Source: the human T2T-CHM13v2.0 reference genome, Homo sapiens. Taken from it: 64,000 nt of DNA. Under the pieces are notes generated by a model. The model made no database searches. It saw only the letters and a program-made list of their open reading frames with translations, and had not been told where the DNA came from. Below, piece after piece: positions 26,367-40,425 of this stretch; within the stretch, counting starts at the first letter, position 1; each line of letters opens with the position of its first letter. Both the position numbers and the translations under genes were made by a program. The stretch lies in the NCBI RefSeq assembly GCF_009914755.1, contig NC_060930.1; one strand, given 5' to 3'.

Positions 26367-26421
26367 ACTAGATTTTTCTCGGTCTCACCATCGCTTCCGG
26401 CTACAGTTGCTGGTATCAAGG

Positions 26422-26466
<45 letters not shown>

Positions 26467-26708
26467 GTATACATAATAGATCATATATTATATGTATACA
26501 TAATAGATCATATATTATATGTATATATAATAGATCATATATTATATGTATACATAATATATGTATAATATGTATTATATTATATATGTATACATAATAT
26601 ATGTCATACATATCATTTTATATACATATCATTTTATATTTCAAATTTATATCTTTCCTTGATACGAGCAGCAGTGGCCAGAAGCGATGATGAGACCAAG
26701 AAAAATCT

Positions 26709-26711
<3 letters not shown>
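26367..26711. repeat. 58-bp imperfect inverted repeat (26367-26424 / 26654-26711)
   Basis: The reverse complement of the right arm matches the left arm at 51/58 positions without gaps. Confidence 0.95.
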
Positions 26712-26740
<29 letters not shown>

Positions 26741-26835
26741 AAATATATTATATATATACTAGATTATATATTATGTATAATATATATTACAATATATAAT
26801 GTATTATATATAATATGTAACTATATATTTAATAT
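26425..26835. repeat. (TA)18, 27-bp AT-rich minisatellite (about 3.5 copies from 26463), then (TG)n(TA)n
   Basis: Unit atatgtatacataatagatcatatatt; also seen as the IIYDLL[CY]IH repeat in ORF 26330-26611. Confidence 0.92.
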
Positions 26836-27129
26836 TTAACTGTAAATTGCCCTTTTTAAGGTATTTTTGTTAGCCTGAGCAGACTAAGACAGTTTGATGA
26901 AATATATTATTTATAATGCCTTTATTATTAAGCAATGACATTTTTTAAAAATTGATCACATATTTTTAAAAAAATTGATATCACATATTTCAGATATATA
27001 AAATATTTTATTTTAGGAATAAATCCTACTGTGATTATAGATTTTTTATCTCTTATATTTATGGCTACCAAAATTTTAAATAATTCATTTTTATTAAGTA
27101 GTTTATACTTTAAATATCTTATATTACAG

Positions 27130-27870
27130 CAATGCTATTCTGACAGTAACTACTTGGAGTTAGGTCAAACTTCACTAGTTTAGGGCACAATCTCCCACAA
27201 GACTGCCCTTAGATAAGACAGTTGCTGCAAGCTTAGAAGTTCCTAGGCCACACACATTTCTGACCAAATGGCTGCAATTTCAGGAGTTGCCATGACCCTC
27301 TCAGCTTCCATAATTTACTAGAATGAGTCATAAATTTTCGAAAAGCATGATACTTACAATTACAGTTTTGTTATGAAGCAGGCAAATCAAGACTAGCCAA
27401 AAGAAAAACCCATAGGGAAAGGTCTGGGAGGGTCTTAAAGGCCACATTTTCATGTCCTCTCTGAGTGGAGTCAGAACACATCACCCTCCTGGCGTTTCAG
27501 TGCATGTCAGCAACCAGGCAGTACACTCAAGTATTAATTGTTTTATTATATAGATGGATTGTTCAATTCATTGGCCACATGATTGAACACAATCTCTATC
27601 CCTTATTTCCTCTCAGTAGGTTGAGCTGATACCATAAGACTCAAAACTCCCTATCTCTAATCACATGTTTGGTCTTTTTCATATAGCCTGTCCCCATTCT
27701 AAAACTATATCCAGGCCCATCAGAGTCCCCTCATTAGCATGAACTCAGGTGTGATCCTAGAAGCCCATAATAAATAGCAAAGACACTAATAAACCTGGGG
27801 AATGTCAAAGATTTAGAGATTCCATCCCAGAAATGGAGAAAAAAGTCCAAATTTTTTATTATCTAAGAAT
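27130..27870 (-). mobile_element. MER21-like ERVL LTR
   Basis: ctgacagtaactacttggagttaggtcaaacttcac...ccacaagactgcccttaga...cattagcatgaactcaggtgtgatc. Confidence 0.8.
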
Positions 27871-29149
27871 TACACTAAGATTTCACTTTAATTTTTAAAA
27901 GAAAACCATTGAAATACAATACTATACTCAGAACAAGTCAAGAGATCTTAAGTATAATCTCAATTTCAATCAGGCTAAATGCAAGTTCAATGGGTGTTTT
28001 AGAATAGCCTGTTATAGCTATCACATTAATGGGTAGATAGCACAATAATTCGTATGAACGTCAATAACTTCTAACTTTGGAAATATTTATGTTTCTGGTC
28101 TAATTGAGCATGGTCAAAAGAGTAAATCAATCTGATTTAATGCAACCCATTTTTATAACCCTCTGACAATGAGGGAACAACAAATACCAGTCTCATTTTT
28201 CACAGAACCGTTTTGGGAAGAAGATAAACTTTTAGATTGTATAATCCTTGTCAAGTCCTAAAATGTAATCATCCACATATTATTTGGGAAAAATTTAAAA
28301 CTCATCTTCTTGCCCTCAAATTTGTCAACATAATTTAAACAGGGGCAAATTACTTAACTTCCAATTTGATTTTTTTAATCTAAAATTAGACAAAGGAGAT
28401 ACTGGTTTATCTAATCAAAAAAAAGTACCCTGTTAATTATTACTAAATTTTTAAGCATGAAATCTATAAATATTTTTGAATGTTTTTATGTTGTAATGAA
28501 ATATCGAGAATATAAAGTTTTGTGACATAGTGTTTCGGACACTTTTACCTTCTCCCTGCTTCTGTAAACCTTAGAGCCTATGACAAAAATTACTTAATAG
28601 TTTTAATTAATGGCTATAATGGAGAAAAACAACAAATTTTACATTACAATATTTCACATACTGTTTTACCTAAAAATTGGCAAAATCATGTTTCTTTCAT
28701 TAATTTAAAATCATTTTATTATTTTGAGAATACTTCAAATCCTAATAAACATAAATTAGAAAATAAAAAATGGTGCATTTGTTTTAAATATTTAATATAT
28801 TACTATCATCTGCACAAAAATATTAGAATTATCAAAATTGCAAATTGAAGGTAATTTTTAAGTAGTTATTTTTAGCAAGGCTAAATAGCAGTAGGTGGCA
28901 GATTAAAAATAATTTATTTCACTTTTGATGGTCATGCCTATCTTTCAGAATGTCAATCTTGCAATTTGAAAATGTATATGAAAAAATATATATTTCTTTT
29001 TGTTTTTTCCACGTAGCTTATCTGTTCATTATATATTGACAGTAATAACATTGTTTTAATTGCTACATTTCTCCTCAGGTAACAAATAAATCTAACCCAA
29101 AAAATAGCAATGACATATGGAGGACAATTTAATGGAAATGATTTCACAT

Positions 29150-29718
29150 TTTTATTCATTCATGTTAGAGGTTCTATGTTGCTCTGGCCTCCATGGCATG
29201 AATCTTTCATTTGGGAACTACCCAGCAGGTCCATATTGCTGAGATGACTGACAGTCACAGTTTGCTACAGTCATCACAGAGGGATGGGCAAGTGAGCCAG
29301 CCTGGCCAAAAAGAGTGCACTGTCTCTCGATGGGGGCAATTTCTATAAAGAAAAGAAGTAAGAAACATGATTCCAACTTCTCCCCACCCGCCCTGGTACC
29401 TGAAAAACAGATACTATCTATTCTGTTTTTTGAGGTTAACAATGTAATGTGGGTCTAGGAACAGTCATGTCTCTCATCACTTTGGAAGAATGTATTTGCA
29501 GAAGAGTATGAAGCCGGTATGCAAAGAGAAAAGACAGACTGAAATAAGATACAGAGAAATAAAATCAAGAACTCTGATGGTATTTCTGAGTACTTGCATA
29601 CAGCTTGTTTGAAGATAGTTCAACAAATAAATTTCAGTTACATCAACTAAAAAATTGTTTTATTCATAAGAGATGTCTTGGTTGTCTGTTCATAATAAGC
29701 ACTAGAGTTATGAATAAC
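29150..29718 (+). mobile_element. Old MLT1 (J/K/L class) LTR
   Basis: gaagagtatgaagcc...gagaaaagacagactgaaataaga...ctgatggtatttctgagtacttgcatacagc, MLT1-like 3' end. Confidence 0.5.
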
Positions 29719-30330
29719 TTACCGCTGTGGAAGTACCATAAACACCTAGAGACACCATACTTTTTAATAAGCACTAGTGCAAGTTTCTTTGGGGCTTGAG
29801 AAATGTTTCATGGGCCTAAACTGATGCCAACTATCGGAAATTTACCTCACTATACTCTGAACATCAGATAAAATATTTGTTTAATGATATGTTCATGTGA
29901 GAGGGAGGAATTGTATCATTGGAGTGCAATAGGCATAAAGATATCTTATATTCTCTACAGAAAAAAATATAAGAAATTAAATAGTGTAACTCACTTTTTA
30001 TTACATAAAATTAGGTATTTCTCAAAGGCCTGTTAAAACCCAAATATAATATCATTGAGGGTAATTTTTAAATCATGCTTTGTATTTATACATCATTATT
30101 CATTCTAGTTTTCTGCATACTTATGGTAATTTTAGTGTACTATATTTGTCATAAAAATTATTCTTTTTAGTAACAGTTGAATAATTAGCGTTACTTAGCA
30201 TAGAGCTATATGAGAAGGTTATTTATTTTTGTAAATAACAGAACCATAAAAATATAGTTTTGATGTAAAGTTAGAAAAAAAAGAAAATTATAGAATCAGG
30301 TAATCTTTGAGACTATAAATTAAAACATTG

Positions 30331-30830
30331 AACTTTTGGTTTCTATCCCACTGTGTAAAGAGCTTGGAAGTCATCACTCACCCTCACAATAAATAAAACA
30401 CTGAACAAACAGAAAATAAACAACCCATTTTAAATTTGTCAGAGTAATGAGATTAGAGAGCAAATCTAAGGCCTCCAAATTTTAGAGACCGCAGGCAGAT
30501 ACACAGAATTACAGCTTACTTGAGCAGAAGCACAGGAACAGAAAGGACTGCTGGAAATAGTACTATGGTAGGAAAACTCCAATAAGTTTGATAGTTTAAC
30601 ATGCCAGGGTGTCCAGTCTTATAGTGATGTCCACACTTCATGAGTTTTACTGTTAGGAGCTCTGCCAGGTTCATAATAAAGATTGAAGAAAAATCCCTGC
30701 ATGCTTTTAGCAGTGTAGGGAAAATGTAACTATTTTGAAATATACCAAGACTATTCTGTTCTCCTTAACAAGGCTTGCCTTCAATAGAAACTATTTTACC
30801 AGAGCCTAACTGAGCCAAGTGAAATTACAT
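30331..30830 (+). mobile_element. L1M4/L1MC-MD 5' end fragment
   Basis: gtaaagagcttggaagtcatcactcaccctcacaa...ggcagatacacagaattacagcttac. Confidence 0.7.
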
Positions 30831-30848
30831 ACTTGATTTAAAATATAG

Positions 30849-33800
30849 TGTATTAATAGAAAACCTGATGTATAATAAGACTAGCAGATCATGAGATGAC
30901 TGCCGTTGAAAAGATAGTTTGTCACTCACAGTTCCGAAGAAGAAGGGGCATGCTACATCCCAGGGGTCCATGCAGGGAAGCATGGGGTCAGTCAAGAGGC
31001 TGGAGGGAGAGAGTGAGAAGGAAGGAACTGCGTGCAAAAGCCTTTGTGTGGTTTCCTTGGGAAGTGATATGGTATAGCTCTGTGTCCCCACTCAAATCTC
31101 ACCTTGAATTGTAATAATCCTCAGGTGTCATGGGAGAGAACCAGTGAAAGGTAGCTGAATCATGGGGGCGGGTTTTTCCCGTGCTGTTCTTTTGATAGTG
31201 AATAAGTCTCATGAGATCAGATAGTTGTATAAAGGGGAGTTCCCCTGCACATTCTCTCTTGCCTGCTGCCATGTAAGATGTGACTTTTCTTCCCCTTTGC
31301 TTTCTGCCGTAATTGGGAGACCTCCCCAGCCATGTAGAACTGTTAGAACTGTGAGTCAATTAAACCTCTTTCCTTTATAAATTACCCAGTCCTGGGTATG
31401 TCTTTAATGGTAGTGTGAGAACAAACTAATAAGGTAATTTGGTACCAGTAGAGTGGGGTGCTGCTGTAAAGATACCCGAAAATGTAGAAGTGACTTTGAA
31501 ACTGGGTAATAGGCAGAGGTTGAAACAGTTTGGACAGCTCAGAAGAAGACAGGAAAATGTGGGAAAATTTGGAACTTCCTAGAGCTTTGTTAAATGGTTT
31601 TGACCAAAATGCTAATACTAATTAGCATTATTAATAAAAATTATTATTATTAATAATAACAATAATTGTCCATATCATATGGACAATGAAGTCCAGGCTG
31701 AGAGGGTCTCAGAGGAAGATGAGGACCTTGTGGGAACCTGGAGCTGAGGTGATCTTGCTATGTTTTAGCAAAGAGATTGGTGGTATTTTGCCTCTGTCCT
31801 AGGGATTTATGGAACTTTGAACTTGAGAGAGAATGATTTAGGGAGTCTGGCAGAAGAAATTTCTAAGCACTGAAGGGTTCAAGAGGAAGCAGAGCACAAA
31901 AGTTTAAAAAATTTGCAGCCTGACAATGCAGTAAAAAGGAAAAGCCCATTTTCTGGGGAGATATTCAAGCCCACTGCCTAAATTTGCATAACTAACAAGG
32001 AGCCAAATGCTAATCTCCCAGACAATGGGGAAAATGTCTCTGGGGCATGTCAGACACCTTCACAGTAGCCCCTCCCATTACAGGCCCTGAGGCTGAGCAG
32101 GAAAACATGGTTTCCTGGCCCTGAATCCCAGCTGCTCCAAACTTGGCTAAAGGGGCCAAAGTACAGCTCAGGCCATGGCTTCAGAGGGTGTAAGCCCCAA
32201 GCCTTGGCAGTTTGCACATGGTGTTGAGCCTACAGGTGCATATAATCCAAGAATTGAGGTTTGGGAACTTCCACCGAGATTTCAGAGGATGTATGGAAAT
32301 GCCTGAATGTCCACGCAAAAGTTTGCTGCAGAGGCATGGCCCTCATGGGGAAACTCTCCTAGAGCAGTGCAAAAGGGAAATGTGAGGTGTGAGCCCTCAC
32401 ACAGAGTCCTCACTGGGGCACCGCCTAGTGGAGCTGTGAGAAGAGGGTTACCTTCCTCCAGCCCCCAGAATGGTAGATACACTGACAGCTTATACCATGT
32501 GCCTGGAAAAGCTCCAGACACTCAATGCCAGCCCATGAAGGCAGCTGGGAGAGAGTCTGTACCTTGAAAAACCACAGGGATAGAGCTGCCCAAACCATTG
32601 GAATTTACCTCTTGCATCAGCATGACCTGGATGTGAGACATGGAGTCAAAGAAGATCATTTTGGAGCTTTAAGATCTGACTGTCTCACTAGATTTTGGAC
32701 TTGTAAGGGGACTGTAGCCCCTTTGTTTTGGCCAATTTCTCCCATTTGGAATGGGTGTATTTACCCAATGCCTGCATGTCCATTGTATCTAGGAAGTAAC
32801 TAACTTGCTTCTGACTTTATAGGCTCATAGGCAGAAGGGACTTGCCTTGTCTCAGATGAGATTTTGAACTGTGGACGTTTGAGTTAATGCTGAAATGAGT
32901 TAAGACTTTAGGAGACTGTTGTGAAGGCACCATTGGTTTTGAAATGTGAGGACATGAAATTTGGGAGGGGCCAGGGGTGGAATGATATGGTTTGGCTGTG
33001 TCTCCACCCAAATGTCACCCAGTATTATAATAATCCCTGGCTGTCAAAGGCAGGGCCAGGTGGAGATAATTGAATTATTGGCATGGTTTTTCCCCTACTG
33101 TTCTCATGGTAGTGAATAAGTCTCAGATGACGTGATAGTTTTATCAATGGGAGATCCCCTTCACAAGCTCTCTCTTGCCAGCTGCCTTGTAAGATGTGTC
33201 TTGCTTCCCCTTCATTTACAACCGTGATTGTGAGGCATCCCCAGCCATGTGAAACTGTGAGTCAACTAAACCTCTTTCATCTATAAATTATCCAGTCTCA
33301 AGTATGTCTTTATTTGCAGCAAGAGAAAAAACTAATACACTTGCCTTGTCTCAGATGAGACTTTGGACTACGGACTTTTGAGTTAATGCTGAAATCAGTT
33401 AAGACTTTGGGGGACTGTTGGGAAGGCATAATTGGTTTTGAAATGTGAGGACATGACATGGGATTTGGAAGGGGCCAGGAGTGAATTATATAGTTTGGCT
33501 CTGTGTCCCCACCCAAGTCTCACCTTGAATTGTAATAATCTCCATGTGTTGTGAGAGGGACCCGGTGGAAGGTAATTGAATAACGGGGGTGGGTTTTTCC
33601 CATGCTGTTCTTGCGAAAGTGAGTAAGTCTCACCAGATATGATGGTTTTATAAAGGGGAGTTCCTCTGCACATGCTCTCTTGCCTGCTGCCATGTAAGAT
33701 GTGTCTTGCTTTCCCTTCACTTTCTGCCATGATGTGAAGCCTCCCCAGCCATTTGGAACTGTGAGTTAATTAAACTTCTTTCCTTTATAAATTACCCAGT

Positions 33801-34182
33801 CCTGGGTATGTCTTTATTAGTAGCGTAAGAACAAACAAATGCAGGAAGGAACAGGCAAGTTCTGGTCAGCAGTCTTGGTGTTGGTGACTTTGAATAATAC
33901 CAGCAGGTTCCAGGGCATAAGGTCTCACTCTCTTTTTTTCTGGTACCTGGTCCTGGGGCAATTAGGGCAGATGGATCATGGCCTGGAATGTGAGAGCTCC
34001 ACTAGGAAGGGGTTGGGGTGTGGGCTCCAGATTAATTGGTTTGTATTGAAAAGCATGCTCATGGGTCAGTTGTTTAATATCTCAAGAAATTGGCAAACCC
34101 TATGAGGGGCAAACTTTAGGGTTAACAAGGCCCCAAATGTCAAAGCATCAGAATATGGAAAATAAAATTCATGGTTAATATA
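30849..34182 (-). mobile_element. MER74-like ERVL LTR, split by THE1 (pieces 30849-31064 and 33844-34182)
   Basis: Minus strand begins tatattaaccatgaattttattttccatattctgatgctttgacatttggggccttg; the halves join across the GGAAG TSD. Confidence 0.75.
31065..33843 (+). mobile_element. THE1 (THE1C-like) MaLR with three LTRs: A 31065-31433, internal 31434-32982, B 32983-33339, internal 3' end 33340-33485, C 33486-33843
   Basis: Each LTR begins with a TGATATGGTTTGGC-like start and ends with an ACTAATACA-like end; polypurine tract before B and C; 5-bp TSD GGAAG at 31060-31064 and 33844-33848. Confidence 0.95.
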
Positions 34183-34214
34183 ATACTCAACTCAAGGTCC
34201 CTCTAACCTCATAA

Positions 34215-35065
34215 TAGCAAAAAGAAAGACACAGCTCAAATGGCCATCACCTGAAAAGTGAATAAACAAAATATGACATACAGAATATTATTTGGCAATA
34301 AAATAATAAAGTAATGATCAATGCCACATCATAGATGAGCTTTGAAAACATTTCACTAAGTGAAAGAAGTGAGTCACGTGTATTTAAATACTAATAATGG
34401 TTGTACAACTCTATGAATATACTAAAATAGAATGCATTAAAAATAACTGTAAGTGGATGACATTAGGGTAAGCAGAGTGTATTTCATAAAATTTTTAAAT
34501 GTAATACACAAACACTAAGCTGATATTGCAAGAAGAGTAAAATCATCAATAGCTACCCTATATTCCGGTAATAATTACATGGTAGTAGAAGTAGTGTTGC
34601 ATTCACAATAACTTCAAAAAATATAAAATGCCCTGGGACATTAACACCGTAAGAAAATTATGAAACTAATTAAGAGCCGTAAAAGCAGTAATTTTTAAAA
34701 TGGAGAGAAAGTCCATTATTATGGACATTAAGTAGTCAATTTTATAATGAAACCAATTTTCTTAAAATAATGTATAAATCTAATTGTATCAGAACAGAGT
34801 ATTGATGAGTTTTGAGGGTTGGGGTTGGAGCTTCAAAATTCTAAATATTACATGATTTAATATAAATTTAATATTAGAGCTTTTAAAACATCAAAATTGT
34901 GTTTTGGAATCAGAATAGATAATGAGATTCTAAATTTCAAAACAAAATCATCATATGAAAATTATTTATAATATTAATAGTGTCACCATTATATTTAGTA
35001 GAAAATCAAAATTATTAGATAAATGACCTTGAGAAACCTACTAATATTTTGGAAAATAGTAAAGT
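34215..35065 (+). mobile_element. Degraded L1ME/L1M fragments
   Basis: gaataaacaaaatatgacatacagaatattatttggcaataaaa...ttgaaaacatttcactaagtgaaagaag; ORF2-like remnants up to about 35060. Confidence 0.6.
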
Positions 35066-35067
35066 CA

Positions 35068-38000
35068 GTGGTGAGGAGCCAAGATGGCTGATGTGTACTT
35101 CCCACTGAGAAGACTGAAAACGGTGAGTGAATCCTGCTCCATCATCCCAGGTATACAGGTTCTCTCACTTGGACTGACAAGGCAGTGGGTGCAACACATG
35201 TAGAGTGAGGAAAAGCAGGGTAGAGAAATAACCTGGGAGCCTCATGGGATAAGGGGAGCTCCCACACCCAGCCAAGGGAGGCGGTGAGTGACTGCTACCC
35301 TGCCAGGAAACTATGTCTTTTTCATGGATCTGTGCATCCTGCAGATCAGGAGACCTCCTCATGTGACCACCTCACCAGGGTCTTGAGTCTGAAGCAGAGC
35401 TGTGCTACCTGCTTGCATTGTGGCCAGCAGCAGCAAGCTGGACACTGCCTAAGACGACAGAGTTCCTGAGGGTAGGAGTGGCTGCCATCACTGTGACTCC
35501 AGTCAGCTGTTTTCCATGGCTGGTGGGAGGAGACTGGGCAGTTTGGATCCAGAGGAATTTCCCACAGCGCAGTACAGTGGCTGTGGCAGATCATGGCCAG
35601 ACTGCTTCTTTAGGTGGGACCCAGATCCATCCCTCCTCACTGGGTGAAGACTCCCTGCAGGAACTGTAGCAACTCCAGCAAGAGGTTTTCAGACAGAACT
35701 CTGATATCCATGTGAAGGAGCCCCTGGGGGAGGGGTAGCCATGGTTTTGTGTTCAGTGGACCTAGTCTTTCTTGCCTGCTGGCAGTCCAGATCAGTATAT
35801 TCTCCCCAGTGTAGCCAAACCTCCTCAGCCAAGGGGCAACCAGACTGCTTCTTTAAGCAGGTCCCTTATCCCATGCCACCTGACAGGGTGAGACATCCAA
35901 CCAGACATCTCACACAGGAGCATCCCAGCCAGCATCAGCTCAGTGCCCTTCTGGGATGGAGCTCCCAGAGGAAGGAGCAGACAGCTGTCTTTGCTGTTCT
36001 GAAGCCTCCAATGGTGATACTTCCAGGTGCAGGAGGGACCCAGGTAAATTGGGTCTGGAGTGGTCCCCCAGTAGACCACAGCAGCCCCACAGAAGAGGGG
36101 CTTGACTGTTAAACACAAACAAACAAACAAACAAACAGAAAGCAACAACAACATCAACTGAAAACACCCTACAGATACCTTATCCAAAGGTCAGCAGCCT
36201 CAAAGATCAAAATTAGGAAAACCCATGAAGATGAGAAAGAATTAGTGAAAAAACATTCAAAACTCAAAAAGCTAGAGTGTCTCTTCTCCTCCAAATGATC
36301 ACAACACCTCTCCAGCAAAGGCATAGAACTGGGCTGAGGCTGAGATGGATGACTCAACAGAAGTAGACTTCAGAAGGTGGATAAAAACAAACTTAGCTGA
36401 GCTAAAGGACCATGGTCTGAGCCAATGAGAAGAAGCTAAGAACCATAATAAAACATTACAGAAGCTGTTAACCAGAATAACCAGTTTACAGGGGAACATA
36501 AATGACCTGGCGGAGCTAAAAAACACAGCATGAGAAATGTACCATGCAAACACAAACATCAATAGACAATAGACCAAGCAGAGAAAAAAATCTCAGAGCT
36601 TGAAAACTATCTTGCTGAAATAAGACAGGCAGACAAGGTTAGAGAAAAATAAAATAAAATTACAAAAGAATGAACAAAACCTCCAAGAACTATGAGATTA
36701 TAAAGACTGAACTTCGAACCAACTGGGGTAACTGAAAGAGATGGGAGAATAGAACAAAGTTGAAAAACATACTTCAAGATATTATTTAGCAGAATTTCCC
36801 CAACCCAGCAAGACAGGTCAACATTCAAATTCAGGAAATCCAGAGACACTCCATGAGAAGATCCACCCCACGACACATAATCATCAAATTCTGCAAAGTC
36901 AAAATGAAGGAACTAATGTTAAGGATGGCCAAAGAAAAAGGCCAGGTCACCTACAAAGGAAAGCCCATCAGACTAACAGTGGACCTCTAAAAGAAACCCT
37001 ACAAGCCAGAAGACATTGGGGGCCAGTATTCAACATTCTTAAAGCAAAAAATTTCTAGCCCAGAATTTCATATTTGGCCAAACTAAGCTTCATAAGCAAA
37101 TAAGAAATAAAATCCTTTTCCAACAAGCAAATGCTCAGGGAATTTGTCACCATCAGGCCTGCTTCCTGAAGGAAACACTAAATATGGAAAGCAAAAACCA
37201 TTACCAGCTACAATTACTATAAAAAACCATTACTATCAAAAACACATTGAAGTATACAGACCAAGGACACCAAGAAGCAACTACATTAACAATTGCAAAA
37301 TAACCAGCCAGCATCATGATGACTGGATCAAATTCACACATAATAATATTAACCTTAATGTAAATGGGCTAAATGTCCCAATCAAAAGACACAGAATGGC
37401 AAGTTGGATAAAAAGACAAGACTTATTGGTGTGCTGTATTCAAGAGACACATCTCATGTGCAAAGACACATATAGGCTCAAAACAAAGGGATGGAGGAAA
37501 ATTTACCATGGAAATGGAAAGCAGGAAAAAGCCAGGGTTGCAATCCTAGTTTTTGACAAAACAGATTTTAAACCAACAAAGATCAAAAAGACAAAGAAGG
37601 CATTACCTAATGGTAAAGTGTTCAATTCAACAAAAGCTAACTATCCTAATTATATTATATATGCACCCAGTTTCATAAAACAAGCTCTTAGAGACTTACT
37701 AAGAGACTTAGACTCCCACACAATAATAGTGGGAGACTTTAACCCCCCACTGTCAATATTAGACAGATCATTGAAACAAAATATTAACAATGATTTTAAG
37801 GACTTGAACTCAACTCCGGGTCAAATAGACCTGATAAATATCTACAGAACTCTCCACCCCAAAACAGCAGAATATACACTGTTCTCAGTGCCACATGGTA
37901 CTTACTCTAAAATTGATCACATAATTGGAAGTAAAACACTCCTCAGCAAATGCAAAAGAACTGAAATTATAACAGTCCCTCAGACCACAGCACTATCAAA

Positions 38001-39170
38001 TAAGAACTCAAGGTTAAGAAACTCATTCAAAACCACACAACTTCATAATAACTGAACAAGTTGCTCCTGAATGACTCCTGGGTAAATAATTAAATTAAGG
38101 CAGAAGTCAAGAAGTTATTTGAAACCAATAAAACCAAACAAACAATGTACCAGAATTTCTGGGACACAGCTAAAGCAGTGTTAAGAGGGAAATTTATAGC
38201 ACTAAGTGCCCACATCAAAAGGTTAGAAAGATCTCAAATCAGCATTTTAATATCACAACTGAAAGAACTTATAACCAAGAGCAAACAAACCCCAAAGCTA
38301 GCAGATGACAATAAATAACCACGATTGGAGCAGAACTGAAGGAGACAGAGACATGAAAAACCCTTCAAAAAAAATCAATGAATCCAGGAGCTGATTTTTT
38401 GAAAGAATTAATAAAATAGATGGACCACTAGTGAGACTAATGAAGAAAAGAGAGGATAAAATAGACACAATGAAAAATGATAAAGGGGGTATCACCATTG
38501 ACCCCACAGAAATACAAAAAACAATCAGAGAATACTATAAACATCACTATGCAAATAAACAAGAAAATCTAGACGAAATTAATACATTTCTGGACACATA
38601 CACTCTGCTAAGACTGAACCAGGAAGAAGTTGAATCCCTGATAGACCAATAACGAGTTCTGAAACTGAGACAGTCATAAATACCCTACCAACCAAAAAAA
38701 GCCCAAGACAGATGGATTCACAGATGAATCCTACCAGAGGTACAAAGACGATTTGGTATCATTTCTTCTGAAGCTATTTCAAACCATAGAAAAGGAGGGA
38801 CTCCTTCCTAACTCATTTTGTAAGGTCAGCATCATCCTGATATCAAAACCTGGCAGAAATATAACAATAAAAAAAAAAACTTCAGTTCAATATCCCCAAT
38901 AAACATTGATGCAAAAATCCTAAAGAAAATACTAATAAACCGAATCCAGCAGCACATCAAAAAGTTTATCTACCATGATCAAGTCGGCTTCATCACTGGG
39001 ATGCAAGGCTGTTTCAACATATGCAGATCAATAAATATAATTCATCAAATAAACAGAACTAAAGACAAAAACCACGATTATCTCAATAGACGCAGAAAAG
39101 ACCTTCAATAAACATCAACATTCCTTCATGTTAAAAACTCTCAGTAAACTAGGTATTGAAGGAACATATA
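35068..39170 (+). mobile_element. Primate L1 (old L1PA, L1P3/L1P4 class): 5'UTR, ORF1 (about 36232-37250), ORF2 EN and start of RT; 3'-truncated
   Basis: Start ggagccaagatggctga; ORF1 atgagaaagaat...; ORF2 atgactggatcaaattcacac; RT motifs aacattgatgcaaaaatcct and catgatcaagtcggcttcatc; multiple stops. Confidence 0.95.
37316..38055 (+). pseudogene. Decayed L1 ORF2 APE-type endonuclease domain
   Basis: ORF 37144-38055 contains NVNGLN, CCIQETH, IIVGDFN, DLINIYR and YSKIDH; frameshifted relative to the native ATG and before the SDH motif. Confidence 0.92.
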
Positions 39171-40144
<974 letters not shown>

Positions 40145-40425
40145 GGGATTTCTGGGTCAAATGGTATTTCTGGTTCTAGATCCTTGAGGAATCACCACAC
40201 TGTCTTCCACATTGATTGAACTAATTTACACTCCCAACAACAGTGTAAAAGTGTTCCTATTTCTCCACATCCTCTTCAGCATCTGTTGTTTCCTGACTTT
40301 TTAATGATCACCATTCTAACTGGCATGAGATGGTATCTCATTGTGGTTTTGATTTACATTTCTCTAACGACCAGTGATGATGATCTTTTTTTCATATGTT
40401 TTTTGGCTGCATAAATGTCTTCTTT
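40145..40425 (-). mobile_element. L1PA ORF2 C-terminal fragment, inverted
   Basis: gggtcaaatggtatttctggttctagatccttgaggaatcaccacac...gagatggtatctcattgtggttttgattt. Confidence 0.93.

Noticed and set aside
26330-26611. ORF with an IIYDLLCIH repeat
   Set aside because: Translation of the 27-bp minisatellite and (TA)n tract.
32282-33730. THE1 ORFs (also 53237-55348)
   Set aside because: Short open frames in non-autonomous MaLR sequence; no intact gag or pol.
37144-38055. 303-aa ORF as a functional or domesticated nuclease
   Set aside because: It is L1 ORF2 EN with a non-ATG start, an out-of-frame N-terminus, a scrambled middle segment and loss of the SDH motif; the open frame appears to result from compensating frameshifts.
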